Of a stretch of 64,000 nucleotides of DNA, positions 39,930 through 49,388 are shown piece after piece. The stretch comes from Vitiosangium sp. GDMCC 1.1324 (lineage in GTDB: Bacteria; Myxococcota; Myxococcia; Myxococcales; Myxococcaceae), in contig NZ_PZOX01000005.1 in assembly GCF_003044305.1 (NCBI RefSeq), forward strand, positions 195,493-259,492. The letters are read 5' to 3'. The position numbers and the translations under genes are program-made. The notes under the pieces were generated by a model that worked only from the letters and a program-made list of their open reading frames with translations, had not been told where the DNA came from and searched no databases. Position 1 is the stretch's first letter. Each line of letters opens with the position of its first letter.

Positions 39930-40009
39930 ACCTCCCCTGCTCCTCCATGAGTGAGTACGTGGGATGAGACAGGGGCTCGGGCGAGCCCAGCGGACACGGC
40001 AGGCGACCA

Positions 40010-40951
40010 CTACTGAGGAAACGTCACGTTGCCGAGGGTGACGGAGCGCTGGCGCTCCGCGTCCCACAAGACGAGGGTGTAGGAGCCCCGCGCCTCCTTC
40101 TCCGTAGCTATTAGCTCCACCACGACGCGTCCCAGCTCGCCCTTCACTCCTGGCGCGGCCGGGAGGATGGGCTCGATCGGCCAGAGCGGGAGCGGCTTCA
40201 ATATTTCGCCTTTAGGCCCGCGAAGCACCGCGCCCGCCGCCGTCCAGGGCACCGTGCCCGGATTCAGGAGGGACACCTCCACCGCCACCCGCTCCTTGGC
40301 GCGGTAGCTGGTGACGGAGCGCTTGACGAGAGCATTACCTTCCTTCGCCGTGACGTCCCACGTCAGTTCCTTGAGGGAAATACCCCGCCTGCCGTCCACG
40401 AGACCGGAGGCGATGGCACCGCGCAAGCCGTCCGGCACGGCGCGCTCGGCGCGGAGTTGCTTCACCTCCGCCCGGCATTGCTGGACATTGGCCTCGGCAT
40501 CCTCCGCCACCTGCTGGAAGTAGGCTGCCGGGCGCACCTGACGCAGCACCTTCACCTCCTGCATGCCGAGCCCGGGGTGCACGATGAGCTCGAAGCTGGT
40601 GCATGCCGGTGCGGCTTCGTCGGCGAAGCACACCTCCACGTTGGTCCGTTTCCCAGCGACGAGATTGTCGCGAGGAACCAGCGTGAAGGTCTGCTGCCCC
40701 GATGACCAATCCTCGAACCACCCCCGGTCCTCAAGCTTTAGGGACTGCTGCTTGAGCTGCGAGTCGAAACGGAAGGTGATGGGCAGGCCCGGGCCGATAC
40801 ACACCACGGGCGGATTCCTGCCATGGGTGGCGGAAAGCTCGATGCGCGGGCTCGCCGCCTCGCACTCGTCGGTGGACGTAGCTGCGGACACGTCAGCGGG
40901 GGTGGACGCGAGAGCCAGCGCCAAGAGGCCGGCAGGGAAAGCGGGGAGCAC
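40010..40951 (-). CDS. Secreted DUF2381 / TIGR02268-like protein (Myxococcus paralogous family found next to Ser/Thr kinase genes).
   Basis: The signal peptide is MLPAFPAGLLALALASTPADVSA. It lies immediately downstream of, and on the same strand as, the 741-aa kinase. The family assignment is from memory of the conserved arrangement and is not alignment-verified. Confidence 0.5.
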   Translation of the reverse strand: MLPAFPAGLLALALASTPADVSAATSTDECEAASPRIELSATHGRNPPVVCIGPGLPITFRFDSQLKQQSLKLEDRGWFEDWSSGQQTFTLVPRDNLVAGKRTNVEVCFADEAAPACTSFELIVHPGLGMQEVKVLRQVRPAAYFQQVAEDAEANVQQCRAEVKQLRAERAVPDGLRGAIASGLVDGRRGISLKELTWDVTAKEGNALVKRSVTSYRAKERVAVEVSLLNPGTVPWTAAGAVLRGPKGEILKPLPLWPIEPILPAAPGVKGELGRVVVELIATEKEARGSYTLVLWDAERQRSVTLGNVTFPQ

Positions 40952-41062
40952 GGACGGTCAACCTCCAGGGAGGCGCGGGGAGTCGCCCCGGGAGGAGGGG
41001 CCTCTACCACACCTCCGTGCCCGAAATGCCCGGGGCGCGGCCTGCAAAGCCCACGCACGTCT

Positions 41063-43288
41063 CTACTCGAAGCGCTCCACTGCCTCGACCCACGCCGTGG
41101 ACCCAACCACGGCGGAGTCGGGCCCGCCGTCGCGCATGATTGCGGTGCCCCGTTGCCCTCGGTACTGGAGCTCCAGACAGACGGGGTAGGTCTGTCCGCC
41201 CTTCGATTGGGTCTGCTTGGCCTGGGTGAAGCGCCCATAGACGCGGCTCTCCCCGAAGATGAGGCGCCCGGAGAGCACGGTGCCCGGCCTCAGCTTCCCC
41301 AGATGTTCCTCCAGCTCGAACGTGGTGAACTCCTGTACGGTGACGGGCTTGGCATCTCCGACGACGGGGAAGGTGCCACCAGCCGTGTCGCCAATATCAA
41401 TGTCCAGTTCCTTCATGGAGGCCAGGGCCTCGGGAGAGCACGCCTCGACCTTGGGGGTGGAGCGCACCTGGGGTCCGCCGGTGCAGGCAACAAGTACCCA
41501 ACCGCAGCTCGCGGCGAGGCACTGCCACTTCTTGCAGCGCCCGCCTCGGGGCTGAGGCGCGGGCGCGGGCATCTCCTGGGGCGGCAAACGGGGCTCTTGC
41601 TTGCGAAGAGGCATGGCGGTTGCGAGCGCGGGGGTGGAGGCAAGGGACAAAGCCGCGCCCGGCCCAGCTTCAGACGACTCCGGGGAATTCGCCACTTCGC
41701 GAACGGCACCGGCCCGTGTGGTAGGGCCAGAGCCGGGGGACTCGGCAGGGAGCGGAGCGTGCTGCACAGCCTGCACGGGAGGAGCTGCGTCAGGCGCCGG
41801 GCGGCTGCGCACCACCCACGCGCTCGCGCTCGCCACGGCCAGCGCCCCCAGGGCCACGAAGAAGAGCGCGGCGTGCCGGAGGGAGTCCACCGCCATGGCG
41901 CGCAGCGGAAACATGCCGACGACGGAGGGAATGAAGCGGGAGAGCGTGCGCTGGAAGGGGCTGCGCACCACACGCGCGGGCGGGGGTGGCTCGCGCGGTA
42001 ACGGTGGCGCTGCTCGCACCGAAACCGCGGCGGGCTGCACAGCGGCAGGGGCCGGTAGCGGCGGAGACAGCAAGGCGGACTCGGGCACCGGAGGCGGCAA
42101 GGACTCCCAGGCACGCTCCAGGGCCACTTCCGCCAGCACCGCGACGAGAGCCTCGGCGGGCGAAGCGGCGGCCTCCGCTTTCGCAGGGGCAGGCGGCTGG
42201 GCCAGCTTCACGGGCGCGGGGGCGGGGACGGCCGGGGTGCCGCCGCTCTCCTGCGCTTGGCGGCGCTTGCGAGCGTCCCCACGTCCGCGCCGGGGACGGG
42301 CCGCTTTCCACGCGAGGCCCGCCTCCTCACCCGCTGGCGGGCCCATGCCCGGAACCTTCACTGTGGGCGTGGCGTCGGGCGCGTCCGGGTCCATGAGCGG
42401 CACGTCCCAGGCCGCATCCCCGTCGGCAGCCGAGAGGGCCGCTTCGAGGGCGCCACACAGCTCCTCATAGTTGGCGAAGCGCGCCTCCCGGCGCTTCTCC
42501 AGCATGCGCATGCACAGTGCGCTGAGTACCGGGGGCACGCGCGAGCTGTATGCGTGTGGAGAGGGGGGCCGCTGCGCGAGAATGCGGTCCTCGAGGCCCC
42601 CTTCGGTGCGGTTGCCGAAGGGCAGCACGTCGGTGAGCAGCCAGTAGAAAGTGACGCCCAGGGCCCACAGCTCGTCCCCCACGTCGGGCCGGTAACCCAC
42701 TTTTTTCTTCGAGGGGTCCCGCTCGAAGAGAATGTGCTCGGGCGAGCGGTACTCGTCGGTGCCGGGCGGCTCGCGCTCGCCGGTAATGGTGGGCTCGCCT
42801 GCGAGCCACCCAATCCCGAAATCCACGAGGACGGGCCGCCCGTCCTCGTCGCGAATGAGAATGTTCTCCCGCTTCAAGTCCCGGTGCAGCACGCCCTGCG
42901 CGAGAATGTTGGCGAGGGCGCGCGCCACCTCGAGGAGGACGCGTACCACCTGGCGCGCGGTGGGGTTCTCGTCGAGGGCCCACTCGTCCAACGTCCTGCC
43001 CACCACCAGGTCCATGACGAAGCACAGGTAGCCATGGTCTGGGTCGGGCCACCTGTCGCACGCGCGGAAGCGGACGACGTTGGGGTGCACCACGTGCCGC
43101 AGAATGTTGATTTCGCGCTGTCCCCAGGACTCGAGCTCGCGAGCGCGGATGACCTTGAGGGCGTAGTAGCGGCCGGCGCGCTCCACCTTGTAGACGAAGC
43201 CGAAGCCCCCGTCGCCGAGCTTCTCCATCACACGGTAGCCGCCCACCATGTCTCCGGGCTCGGGGGGCTTGAAGGGCGGGGCTTTCAT
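41063..43288 (-). CDS. Eukaryotic-like Ser/Thr protein kinase. It has an N-terminal kinase domain, a Pro/Ala-rich linker, a TM segment and an extracytoplasmic C-terminal domain.
   Basis: Kinase motifs are GDGGFGFVYKV (G-loop), YALKVI (VAIK), HRDLKRENILI and DFGIG. Later segments are the linker ...PAPAPVKLAQPPAPAKAEAAA... and the hydrophobic LFFVALGALAVASASAWVV. Confidence 0.75.
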   Translation of the reverse strand: MKAPPFKPPEPGDMVGGYRVMEKLGDGGFGFVYKVERAGRYYALKVIRARELESWGQREINILRHVVHPNVVRFRACDRWPDPDHGYLCFVMDLVVGRTLDEWALDENPTARQVVRVLLEVARALANILAQGVLHRDLKRENILIRDEDGRPVLVDFGIGWLAGEPTITGEREPPGTDEYRSPEHILFERDPSKKKVGYRPDVGDELWALGVTFYWLLTDVLPFGNRTEGGLEDRILAQRPPSPHAYSSRVPPVLSALCMRMLEKRREARFANYEELCGALEAALSAADGDAAWDVPLMDPDAPDATPTVKVPGMGPPAGEEAGLAWKAARPRRGRGDARKRRQAQESGGTPAVPAPAPVKLAQPPAPAKAEAAASPAEALVAVLAEVALERAWESLPPPVPESALLSPPLPAPAAVQPAAVSVRAAPPLPREPPPPARVVRSPFQRTLSRFIPSVVGMFPLRAMAVDSLRHAALFFVALGALAVASASAWVVRSRPAPDAAPPVQAVQHAPLPAESPGSGPTTRAGAVREVANSPESSEAGPGAALSLASTPALATAMPLRKQEPRLPPQEMPAPAPQPRGGRCKKWQCLAASCGWVLVACTGGPQVRSTPKVEACSPEALASMKELDIDIGDTAGGTFPVVGDAKPVTVQEFTTFELEEHLGKLRPGTVLSGRLIFGESRVYGRFTQAKQTQSKGGQTYPVCLELQYRGQRGTAIMRDGGPDSAVVGSTAWVEAVERFE

Positions 43289-43447
43289 GGGAGCGGCGAC
43301 TCCTCCTGACTCGAAACGCTAGCACGGCGGTAGCGTCGCGCCGCCGTGGGCTTGGGGCCGAAGCCGGGGGCGGCGCACACCGAAACCCCTCCGGAAAGGG
43401 TGCAGCTCGGCCCCCGGCTCCGGCTCCAACTTGTTGAGGCCCCTGCC

Positions 43448-43897
43448 CTACTCCTCGGCAGGGCTCTCCAGCACCTTGGCTACGCGAATCAGCCGCTTCA
43501 CCTCCCCGGGGCTCCACCCGCGAAGCATGCGCACGAACTGCCGCAGCTCGGGTGAGAGGCTCCCCTCGGGGGTGGGCTGCGCCAGCGTAGCGGCCACGTC
43601 CGTGCGGCTGAGCTCGAGCAGCACGTCGGCGGAGATTCCGAGCGTGAGGGCCAGCTTCCGCAGCGTGGGTACGGACGGCATCATGCCTCCGCGCTCAATG
43701 CGTCCGTAGACTTCGGGGGCGAGGCACGTCTGCTTCGCCACCTGGGCCTGGGTCAGCCCCAGCCGCTCGCGGACCGTGCGGCAGACTTCACCGAGAGACT
43801 TCTGAAGGTGTTCGAGTTCCATGGGTTGTCTCCACAGGGTTCCGGCCCGCCCGAGCGTTCCGGGGGTATTCGTCCTTTGCTGCTCGGCGCGGCTCAC
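43448..43897 (-). CDS. XRE-family helix-turn-helix regulator.
   Basis: LGEVCRTVRERLGLTQAQVAKQTCLAPEVYGRIERGGMMPSVPTLRKLALTLGISADVLL is a classic Cro/C1-type HTH. Confidence 0.55.
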   Translation of the reverse strand: MSRAEQQRTNTPGTLGRAGTLWRQPMELEHLQKSLGEVCRTVRERLGLTQAQVAKQTCLAPEVYGRIERGGMMPSVPTLRKLALTLGISADVLLELSRTDVAATLAQPTPEGSLSPELRQFVRMLRGWSPGEVKRLIRVAKVLESPAEE

Positions 43898-44298
43898 CTG
43901 GCGCGCGGCGCCCGCTTCCGGGCCTTCGCCGCGCGGGACTTCGCCACCATGGAGCGCGCCAGGGTGGCGAGCGCGGCGTGCTGCACCGGCGTCAACGTGC
44001 GAATTGTCCGGAGGAAGCGCCGCACCTCTGGGGTGTCATCCACTGCTTCGCTCGTCGGTACGAGCCAGGGTGGCGGCTGCTTCAACTGGAAGCCCAGCAG
44101 GGTGTTCGCATCCAGCTCCAGCGCGTCGCACAGCCGCAGCAGCGTGGGCACGCTGGGCAGCATTCGCGCCCGCTCGATGCGGCCGTAGACGGCAGCCGCG
44201 AGGTGAGTGCGTTCGGCCATCTGCGCCTGGGTGAGGCCCAGGCGCTGGCGGGTGTCCTTGGCTACCTTGGCGAGGTGGTGTTGCAGGGCCGTGGGCAT
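43894..44298 (-). CDS. XRE-family HTH regulator, paralogue 2.
   Basis: VAKDTRQRLGLTQAQMAERTHLAAAVYGRIERARMLPSVPTLLRLCDALELDANTLLG. It has a 4-nt overlap with the downstream paralogue. Confidence 0.55.
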   Translation of the reverse strand: MPTALQHHLAKVAKDTRQRLGLTQAQMAERTHLAAAVYGRIERARMLPSVPTLLRLCDALELDANTLLGFQLKQPPPWLVPTSEAVDDTPEVRRFLRTIRTLTPVQHAALATLARSMVAKSRAAKARKRAPRAR

Positions 44299-44310
44299 GA
44301 GCGCGCTCCC

Positions 44311-44724
44311 TCAACGTGCGGCCTGTTTGGGTGGGCGTGGGCCGGGCGCACTCCCCATGAAGCGGGCCACATTGGTGAGCGCGTCCACCTGCTTCGCCCC
44401 CAGCCGGCGCACGGAGCGCAGCAAGCGGCGAAGCGCGGGCCGCTCCTCGGAAGGAGGCGCGGCCTGGGCGAGCCACGGCGGCGGGGTGTCGGTGACGAGT
44501 CCCAACAACGAGTTGGCGTCCACGCCGAGAGCGCGGCACAACCGCAGGAGGGAAGGCACGCTCGGGAGCATGTGGCCACGCTCCAGGCGGGCGTACACCT
44601 CCGTGGCCAGCTCGGCGCGCTCGGCGACTTCCGCCTGCGTCAGCCCAGCACGAGCGCGTGCCTCACGGGCCGCGGCCCCCACGTGGCGTGCGAGCGAAAA
44701 GTCCCTCTTGTTGACGGAGCCCAC
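44311..44724 (-). CDS. XRE-family HTH regulator, paralogue 3, with a GTG start.
   Basis: REARARAGLTQAEVAERAELATEVYARLERGHMLPSVPSLLRLCRALGVDANSLLG. The 642-aa ORF 44311..46239 is an artefactual frame extension. Confidence 0.5.
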   Translation of the reverse strand: MGSVNKRDFSLARHVGAAAREARARAGLTQAEVAERAELATEVYARLERGHMLPSVPSLLRLCRALGVDANSLLGLVTDTPPPWLAQAAPPSEERPALRRLLRSVRRLGAKQVDALTNVARFMGSAPGPRPPKQAAR

Positions 44725-44732
44725 GGTGCACC

Positions 44733-45911
44733 TCAGTGAGCGTCTCCGGGCTCGCGGCCCGTCAGGTCCGGGGGCAGCGGAAACACGCCTTCTTCCACGT
44801 CCGGGTGGGCTTGCAGCTTCCGCAAGTCCGAGGCCTCCTTGAGGATGTCGCTCAGTTCCGCCTCGGCCTCCCTTGCACCATAGGGCCGCCCCGGACGAGC
44901 GTGCAGGAAGTCCCGCAGGTCGTAACGCATGTCGTCCGCCGACGGGTAGCGGTCCGAGGGGTTCTGCTGCAACGCCCGGGCGACAATCTTCTGCAGAGGA
45001 GCGGGCAGGTCCTTCGCCGCGTGCTCCACCTCTTCCGGGCCAAAGTGCAGCACGCGGTTGGCCAGCGCCTCCAAGGGCAGCAGTGTGGAGCGCTCGGCGC
45101 GCACCTCGGGAGGCAATCGCTCGTCGAGGTCCTCCCACAGTTTGTCGGGCGGGTCCAACGGGTAGCGCGCGAGCAGCATCTCGAGCAACACCAGGCCCAG
45201 CGAGAAGATGTCGGCCCTGCCGTCCAGCTTGCGGGGCGTGAGGGGGTCTCGCTGGCGGGCCTCCGGCTTGAGGAAGCCGCGGAGGACTTCCGGAGCGATG
45301 TAGGCCGGGTCTCCCCGCAGCAGCCCACGGCGCGTGGGAATGCGGCCGAGCAGCTCCGAGTAGGCCGCGCCGAAGTTGGTGAGCTTGACGCGGCCATTCT
45401 CCCCCAGGCGGATGCGCATGGGGCCCACGGCGCGGTGGACGAGCTTGAGGGGGTTGCCGTCCTCGTCCTCGCAGCGGTGCGCGTAGTCGAGCGCGTCGGC
45501 CACCTCGCCGGCCACGTACGCGGCGAAGTCGGGGCTCAGCCTGCGCCCCACCAACCAGGCAGCGTCCATGAGGGTGAGGAGGAAACAGCCGCGCAGGTGC
45601 TCCATGACGATGTAGGGCACCTCGTCGTGCACCACGTAGCCGTACACGGTGGCGATGTTGGGGTGGCGCAGGGTCTTGGAGAGCGTCACCTCCTCCAGCG
45701 CCCGGTGCCGGGCCTCGCGCCCGTGCTCCATGACAATGGGCTTGAGGACGATGAGCTTCACTGGGCCGCCTCCAAGCGGCTCTCGCGTGGCGAGCAGGAG
45801 GGTGTCGTAGTCGGGGTGCGCGACGAGGCGGCGCACCACCTCGTAGCGAAAGTCGCCCACGGTGAAGGACGTGAGGGGCATGGGCCCGCCGGGTTTCTTC
45901 GGTTCGGACAT
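44733..45911 (-). CDS. Protein-kinase-like protein, a predicted pseudokinase.
   Basis: The kinase fold is recognisable (VKLIVLKP, TLRHPNIATVYGYV, APEVLRG). The catalytic loop is HRAVGP (HRD to HRA) and DFG is replaced by TNFG, so both catalytic Asp residues are lost. Confidence 0.55.
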   Translation of the reverse strand: MSEPKKPGGPMPLTSFTVGDFRYEVVRRLVAHPDYDTLLLATREPLGGGPVKLIVLKPIVMEHGREARHRALEEVTLSKTLRHPNIATVYGYVVHDEVPYIVMEHLRGCFLLTLMDAAWLVGRRLSPDFAAYVAGEVADALDYAHRCEDEDGNPLKLVHRAVGPMRIRLGENGRVKLTNFGAAYSELLGRIPTRRGLLRGDPAYIAPEVLRGFLKPEARQRDPLTPRKLDGRADIFSLGLVLLEMLLARYPLDPPDKLWEDLDERLPPEVRAERSTLLPLEALANRVLHFGPEEVEHAAKDLPAPLQKIVARALQQNPSDRYPSADDMRYDLRDFLHARPGRPYGAREAEAELSDILKEASDLRKLQAHPDVEEGVFPLPPDLTGREPGDAH

Positions 45912-45961
45912 GGAAGGCTCGTGGGAGTGAGGGAAGTGAAAAGGAGGTTGCGGCGGCGGAG

Positions 45962-47302
45962 TCAGTGGACGTTTCCCAACCCCGTCTCCGGCAACGGCGA
46001 GGGCTTGCCTGCCTCAACGCCAACAGGGCCCGGCAGCCGTCCAAGGTCGGCCGCATCCATGAGGATTTCAGCGGCTTCCTCGGCGGCCTCCTTCTCGCCG
46101 TAGGGCGTCTGAAGCGAGTGCAGGTAGTCGTACAAGTCAGTGTGCATGTCGCTCGAGGTGAGGTAGCGCTCGTCCGGGTTGTCTCGGAGGGCCCGCGCGA
46201 TGATTCGCCGGAGAGCCTCGGGCAGCTCGTCCGCCGCACGCCGCACCTCCGCAGGCCCGAAGTGCAGTACGCGATTGGCGAGCGTCTCCAGCCTCACGAG
46301 CGCCGCCTCGTCGCTGAGGACGCTGGAAGGGAAGCGCGCCTTGAGGTCGAGCCACAGCGGCTCGCGCTGGTTGCGCGGGTAACGCGCCAGCAACATCTCC
46401 AGCATCACCAAGCCTAGGGAGAAGACATCGGCCCTCTGGTCGAGCCCCGGGGGAGAGAGTGGATCTTCGTGGCCCTTCTCTGGCTGGAGAAAGCCGCGAA
46501 GGATTTCAGGAGCGGTGTAGGCCGCATCGCCTCGGACGGGTGCCCCTGGGGAGGGAGGATGCTCGAGCAACTCCGTGTACATGACGCCCAGGTGAGTGAG
46601 CTGAACGCGGCCGGTGACGCCCACGCGAATGCGCCGGGGACCAATGGCGCGGTGGACGAGGTGGAGGGGTTTCTCATCGTCCTTCTTGCCGTGGAGGTAG
46701 AGGAGTGCGTCCGCCAGCTCCGTGGCCGCGTACGCCACGAAGGAGGGGGACAGTCTGCGCCCCACCGCCACGGCCGCATCCAGCAGGGTGAGGAGGCAGC
46801 AGCCGCGCAGGTGCTCCAGGAGGATGTAGGGCCGCGTGTCGTCGAAGACGCAGCCCCAGACGCCAGCGAGGTTGGGATGGCGTGTAAGGCCCGCGCGCCG
46901 CACCTCCTCGATGCATCGGTCCACCGTCGCGGAGGGATACTCGTGCGGGAGGAAGGGCCTGAGCTCCACCAACCTGGGCTGGCCCTCCATCTCCGGGTAG
47001 CCGTTGAGGACGAGCTGGCGGGAGGCGAGCAGCCCCGACTCATAGTCGGGGTGGGTGCCCACGTCGCCGTGGACTTCGTAGCGGTAGCGGCCCCATTGGA
47101 AGCCGAAGCGTGGCGCGGGGCGCGGAGAGGAGACAGTCACGGTGGGAGTCCCGGGAGTGGAGGGAGTGCCTAATGAGTGACTACGAGGGCCGGGACGGCC
47201 ACGGGCCGCCATGTGTCCGTCTCGTCCTTCATGTAGAAGGTGCCCACCTCGAAAGTGCCCGCTCGGTAAGCCCCGTCCTGCACTCCCACGGGGCCCACGC
47301 AC
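45962..47302 (-). CDS. Second pseudokinase paralogue.
   Basis: LVHRAIGPRRIRVGVTGRVQLTHLGV. HRD has become HRA and DFG has become HLG. Confidence 0.5.
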   Translation of the reverse strand: MRGPRGSAGRGLPSGHFRGGHLLHEGRDGHMAARGRPGPRSHSLGTPSTPGTPTVTVSSPRPAPRFGFQWGRYRYEVHGDVGTHPDYESGLLASRQLVLNGYPEMEGQPRLVELRPFLPHEYPSATVDRCIEEVRRAGLTRHPNLAGVWGCVFDDTRPYILLEHLRGCCLLTLLDAAVAVGRRLSPSFVAYAATELADALLYLHGKKDDEKPLHLVHRAIGPRRIRVGVTGRVQLTHLGVMYTELLEHPPSPGAPVRGDAAYTAPEILRGFLQPEKGHEDPLSPPGLDQRADVFSLGLVMLEMLLARYPRNQREPLWLDLKARFPSSVLSDEAALVRLETLANRVLHFGPAEVRRAADELPEALRRIIARALRDNPDERYLTSSDMHTDLYDYLHSLQTPYGEKEAAEEAAEILMDAADLGRLPGPVGVEAGKPSPLPETGLGNVH

Positions 47303-47779
47303 TGCTGCTCCTTGCCGGTGAGCGCCCAGGCCAAGTAGCCATCAGGCCGCAGCACCACGAGGGGTTGGAACTCCTGGACGCGCCGGCCCAGCTCGGCCCG
47401 GGGAACGGCCTCAGTCTTGAGCGTCACGTCGAGCAGCAACACGTCCGCCACAAGCCACGGGGCATATTCTGAGGCCTTGGGCGGAAAGAGGTGGAAGTGT
47501 AGCCGGAGCTGCTTGGCCTCCTGGGGAGACAAGTCCCGGCCCCTGGGCAGTAGCTCCGTGGGGAGCCCGGCCTTGAGCAGCAGGACGGCGAACTCGTCCA
47601 GGTCCGCGAGCGCATCCCGGGTGGTGGCATACGCCGCGGGCGGCGCGTTGCTGGCGCAGGCCAGTGGGCACAGGAGCACGAAGGAGAGCGCGGCCAACAG
47701 GCCCGGCAGGAGACGGGCGGGACGCGCGCAGACACGAGCCCCCTCCCGACGCGAAAGAATTTCGCTCGGCACGATGGCA
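47170..47779 (-). CDS. Hypothetical secreted/lipoprotein; start uncertain.
   Basis: A hydrophobic N-terminus with LLCPLACASN resembles a lipobox. The ORF has coding-like GC3 bias. Confidence 0.3.
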
Positions 47780-48102
47780 CCTCCGAAAACACATGATGTG
47801 AATTGAACTGACGACCAAACAGGTAGCACAGCCAAAATAGGAAGGGAAGCCCCGCCCAACCGCTTACGTCAGACACGCAGTCCAACCAATCAGAGCGGCA
47901 GAAGCCTGCTTTTGAGAGAGCAGCGAGCTCCTCGGCGATTTGGAATCGATAAGTAAGTCGGCATGCCCCAACCCAGGAAGTCACGCCGGAAATCTGGCGT
48001 GAGACAGGCGGCGGAACGAAGTCAGAGACAAGAACGCCAGCCGCCCGGAACACAGGCGCGGAGCACCTACGGCTCCGTGCACAGGACGCTGATTGGGCCG
48101 CC

Positions 48103-48516
48103 TTGTTCCCGCGATGGGGACGCAGCACGGCGATGCGGGGCTGCCCGACTCAAGGCCTCTCACTCGCCCCCGGCACGATGCGCCTCGGACAGCCTCGAGT
48201 TGGCCAGCACCACGGGCAGCACGCGCACCAGGCCCTCCTCAACGGCCAGCCTATCGACTACGTGGAGAAGGCCGAGGCGGAGGCGAAGCGTGTGCGCGAG
48301 AAGCTCATGGGCGTGACGCGGCGGCACGCCCTCTGGGTGCAGTCGTCGCTCGTTTTCATGAAGCCAAAGCTCAGGGTGAAGTTTCAGCCGCGCAATGTGG
48401 CGGCGCTCACCGACGAGATGCTGCTGCCATTCCTTCGGCAGAAGCCTCAGAAGCTCGGGCCTTACGAGTTGGAGGAGCTTGTCCAAGCCGCACAGCGGGA
48501 GGAGACGTGGGAGTAG
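48103..48516 (+). CDS. Hypothetical protein, possibly a truncated remnant.
   Basis: A 137-aa ORF lies between the kinase cluster and cas6. I see no recognisable motifs. Confidence 0.2.
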   Translation: MFPRWGRSTAMRGCPTQGLSLAPGTMRLGQPRVGQHHGQHAHQALLNGQPIDYVEKAEAEAKRVREKLMGVTRRHALWVQSSLVFMKPKLRVKFQPRNVAALTDEMLLPFLRQKPQKLGPYELEELVQAAQREETWE

Positions 48517-48680
48517 CCCCGCGCCGGGCTGACCGCGCCGCTGCTGGGCGTTGGCGCTCCGAACGATGGCAGCACGGCGCCAAGCACGCTGGAGCTTCGT
48601 ACGCGCGCCGTGCCCGCGAGCGCCTCCGACGGGAAATGGTACTGCGGGAGCCCGTACGTGAATGACCTCGCTGGGGGCTT

Positions 48681-49388
48681 CTACCGGACCGACGCCAGCG
48701 GATTGAACGGGGGCCTCGGGCTGCACCGAGGCGGCGCAGGCGATAGACCCCCTCCTTTTTCGGACGGCATTTCATACTCAAGGCCCTGTCCGTCCCGAAC
48801 CTCCTCGTGTCGGGTGGGAAGGAAGAGCCCACAGCCCAGGTGACGGCGCCCACCCAGTCCCTGCGTTTGGAGGCGCAGGGAGTCCTCTGGCGCGAGGCCT
48901 CCCACCGTGAGGGCAAAGCCCACGACCTTTCTCCCCGCGATGGACAGGATGCGCCGTCGGCCCAGGGTCAGCGTCCCCTCGCAGCGCAGTTCCCTCAGGA
49001 ACTTGCGCGTGGAGAGCTCGAAGGTGGCGGCGTCCAACGCGTGCTTGAAGGTGACGAGCCGAGCGGACAGCGAGGGGGCTGCCGCCAGGGGGTGGATCTC
49101 AGGCCTTCCCAGGCGGACTTCCCGGCCCGCGAGGACGAGTGCACTGCACGCGAGCGGTAGGAAGAATGCGAGGGAATCCGCTGGACAGCGCAGACGCAGC
49201 GCGCCTCTTCCCAGGTGGAGGACCTGGGCATCGGCTCTCGTGCCACGCAGGGTGAAGACACCGACGTCATGGCGCTCGTGCAGCCCAGGAAGCCGACGGG
49301 AGAGTGCCGAGAACAGCAAGTAACCGTGATCGAGCGGCACCGGGCCGCCGCGCACGGGAAACAGAATATCGATGACAGGCGAAGTCAT
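48681..49388 (-). CDS. cas6: Cas6 crRNA-processing endoribonuclease (type III-associated).
   Basis: MTSPVIDILFPVRGGPVPLDHGYLLFSAL... has a C-terminal Gly-rich loop GLGGRRHLGCGLF (GhGxxxxxGhG). It overlaps the cmr6 stop by ATGA. It is the last gene of the cmr operon. Confidence 0.6.
   Translation of the reverse strand: MTSPVIDILFPVRGGPVPLDHGYLLFSALSRRLPGLHERHDVGVFTLRGTRADAQVLHLGRGALRLRCPADSLAFFLPLACSALVLAGREVRLGRPEIHPLAAAPSLSARLVTFKHALDAATFELSTRKFLRELRCEGTLTLGRRRILSIAGRKVVGFALTVGGLAPEDSLRLQTQGLGGRRHLGCGLFLPTRHEEVRDGQGLEYEMPSEKGGGLSPAPPRCSPRPPFNPLASVR

Noticed and set aside
44311-46239. 642-aa ORF spanning an XRE gene and a pseudokinase.
   Set aside because: It is a composite open frame. The coherent proteins are the XRE regulator (44311..44724) and the pseudokinase in a different frame (44733..45911).
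47860-48680. Region downstream of cas6, searched for a CRISPR array.
   Set aside because: No direct repeats of 25-40 bp with unique spacers were seen here or upstream of the operon, so the Cmr locus appears array-less within this window.
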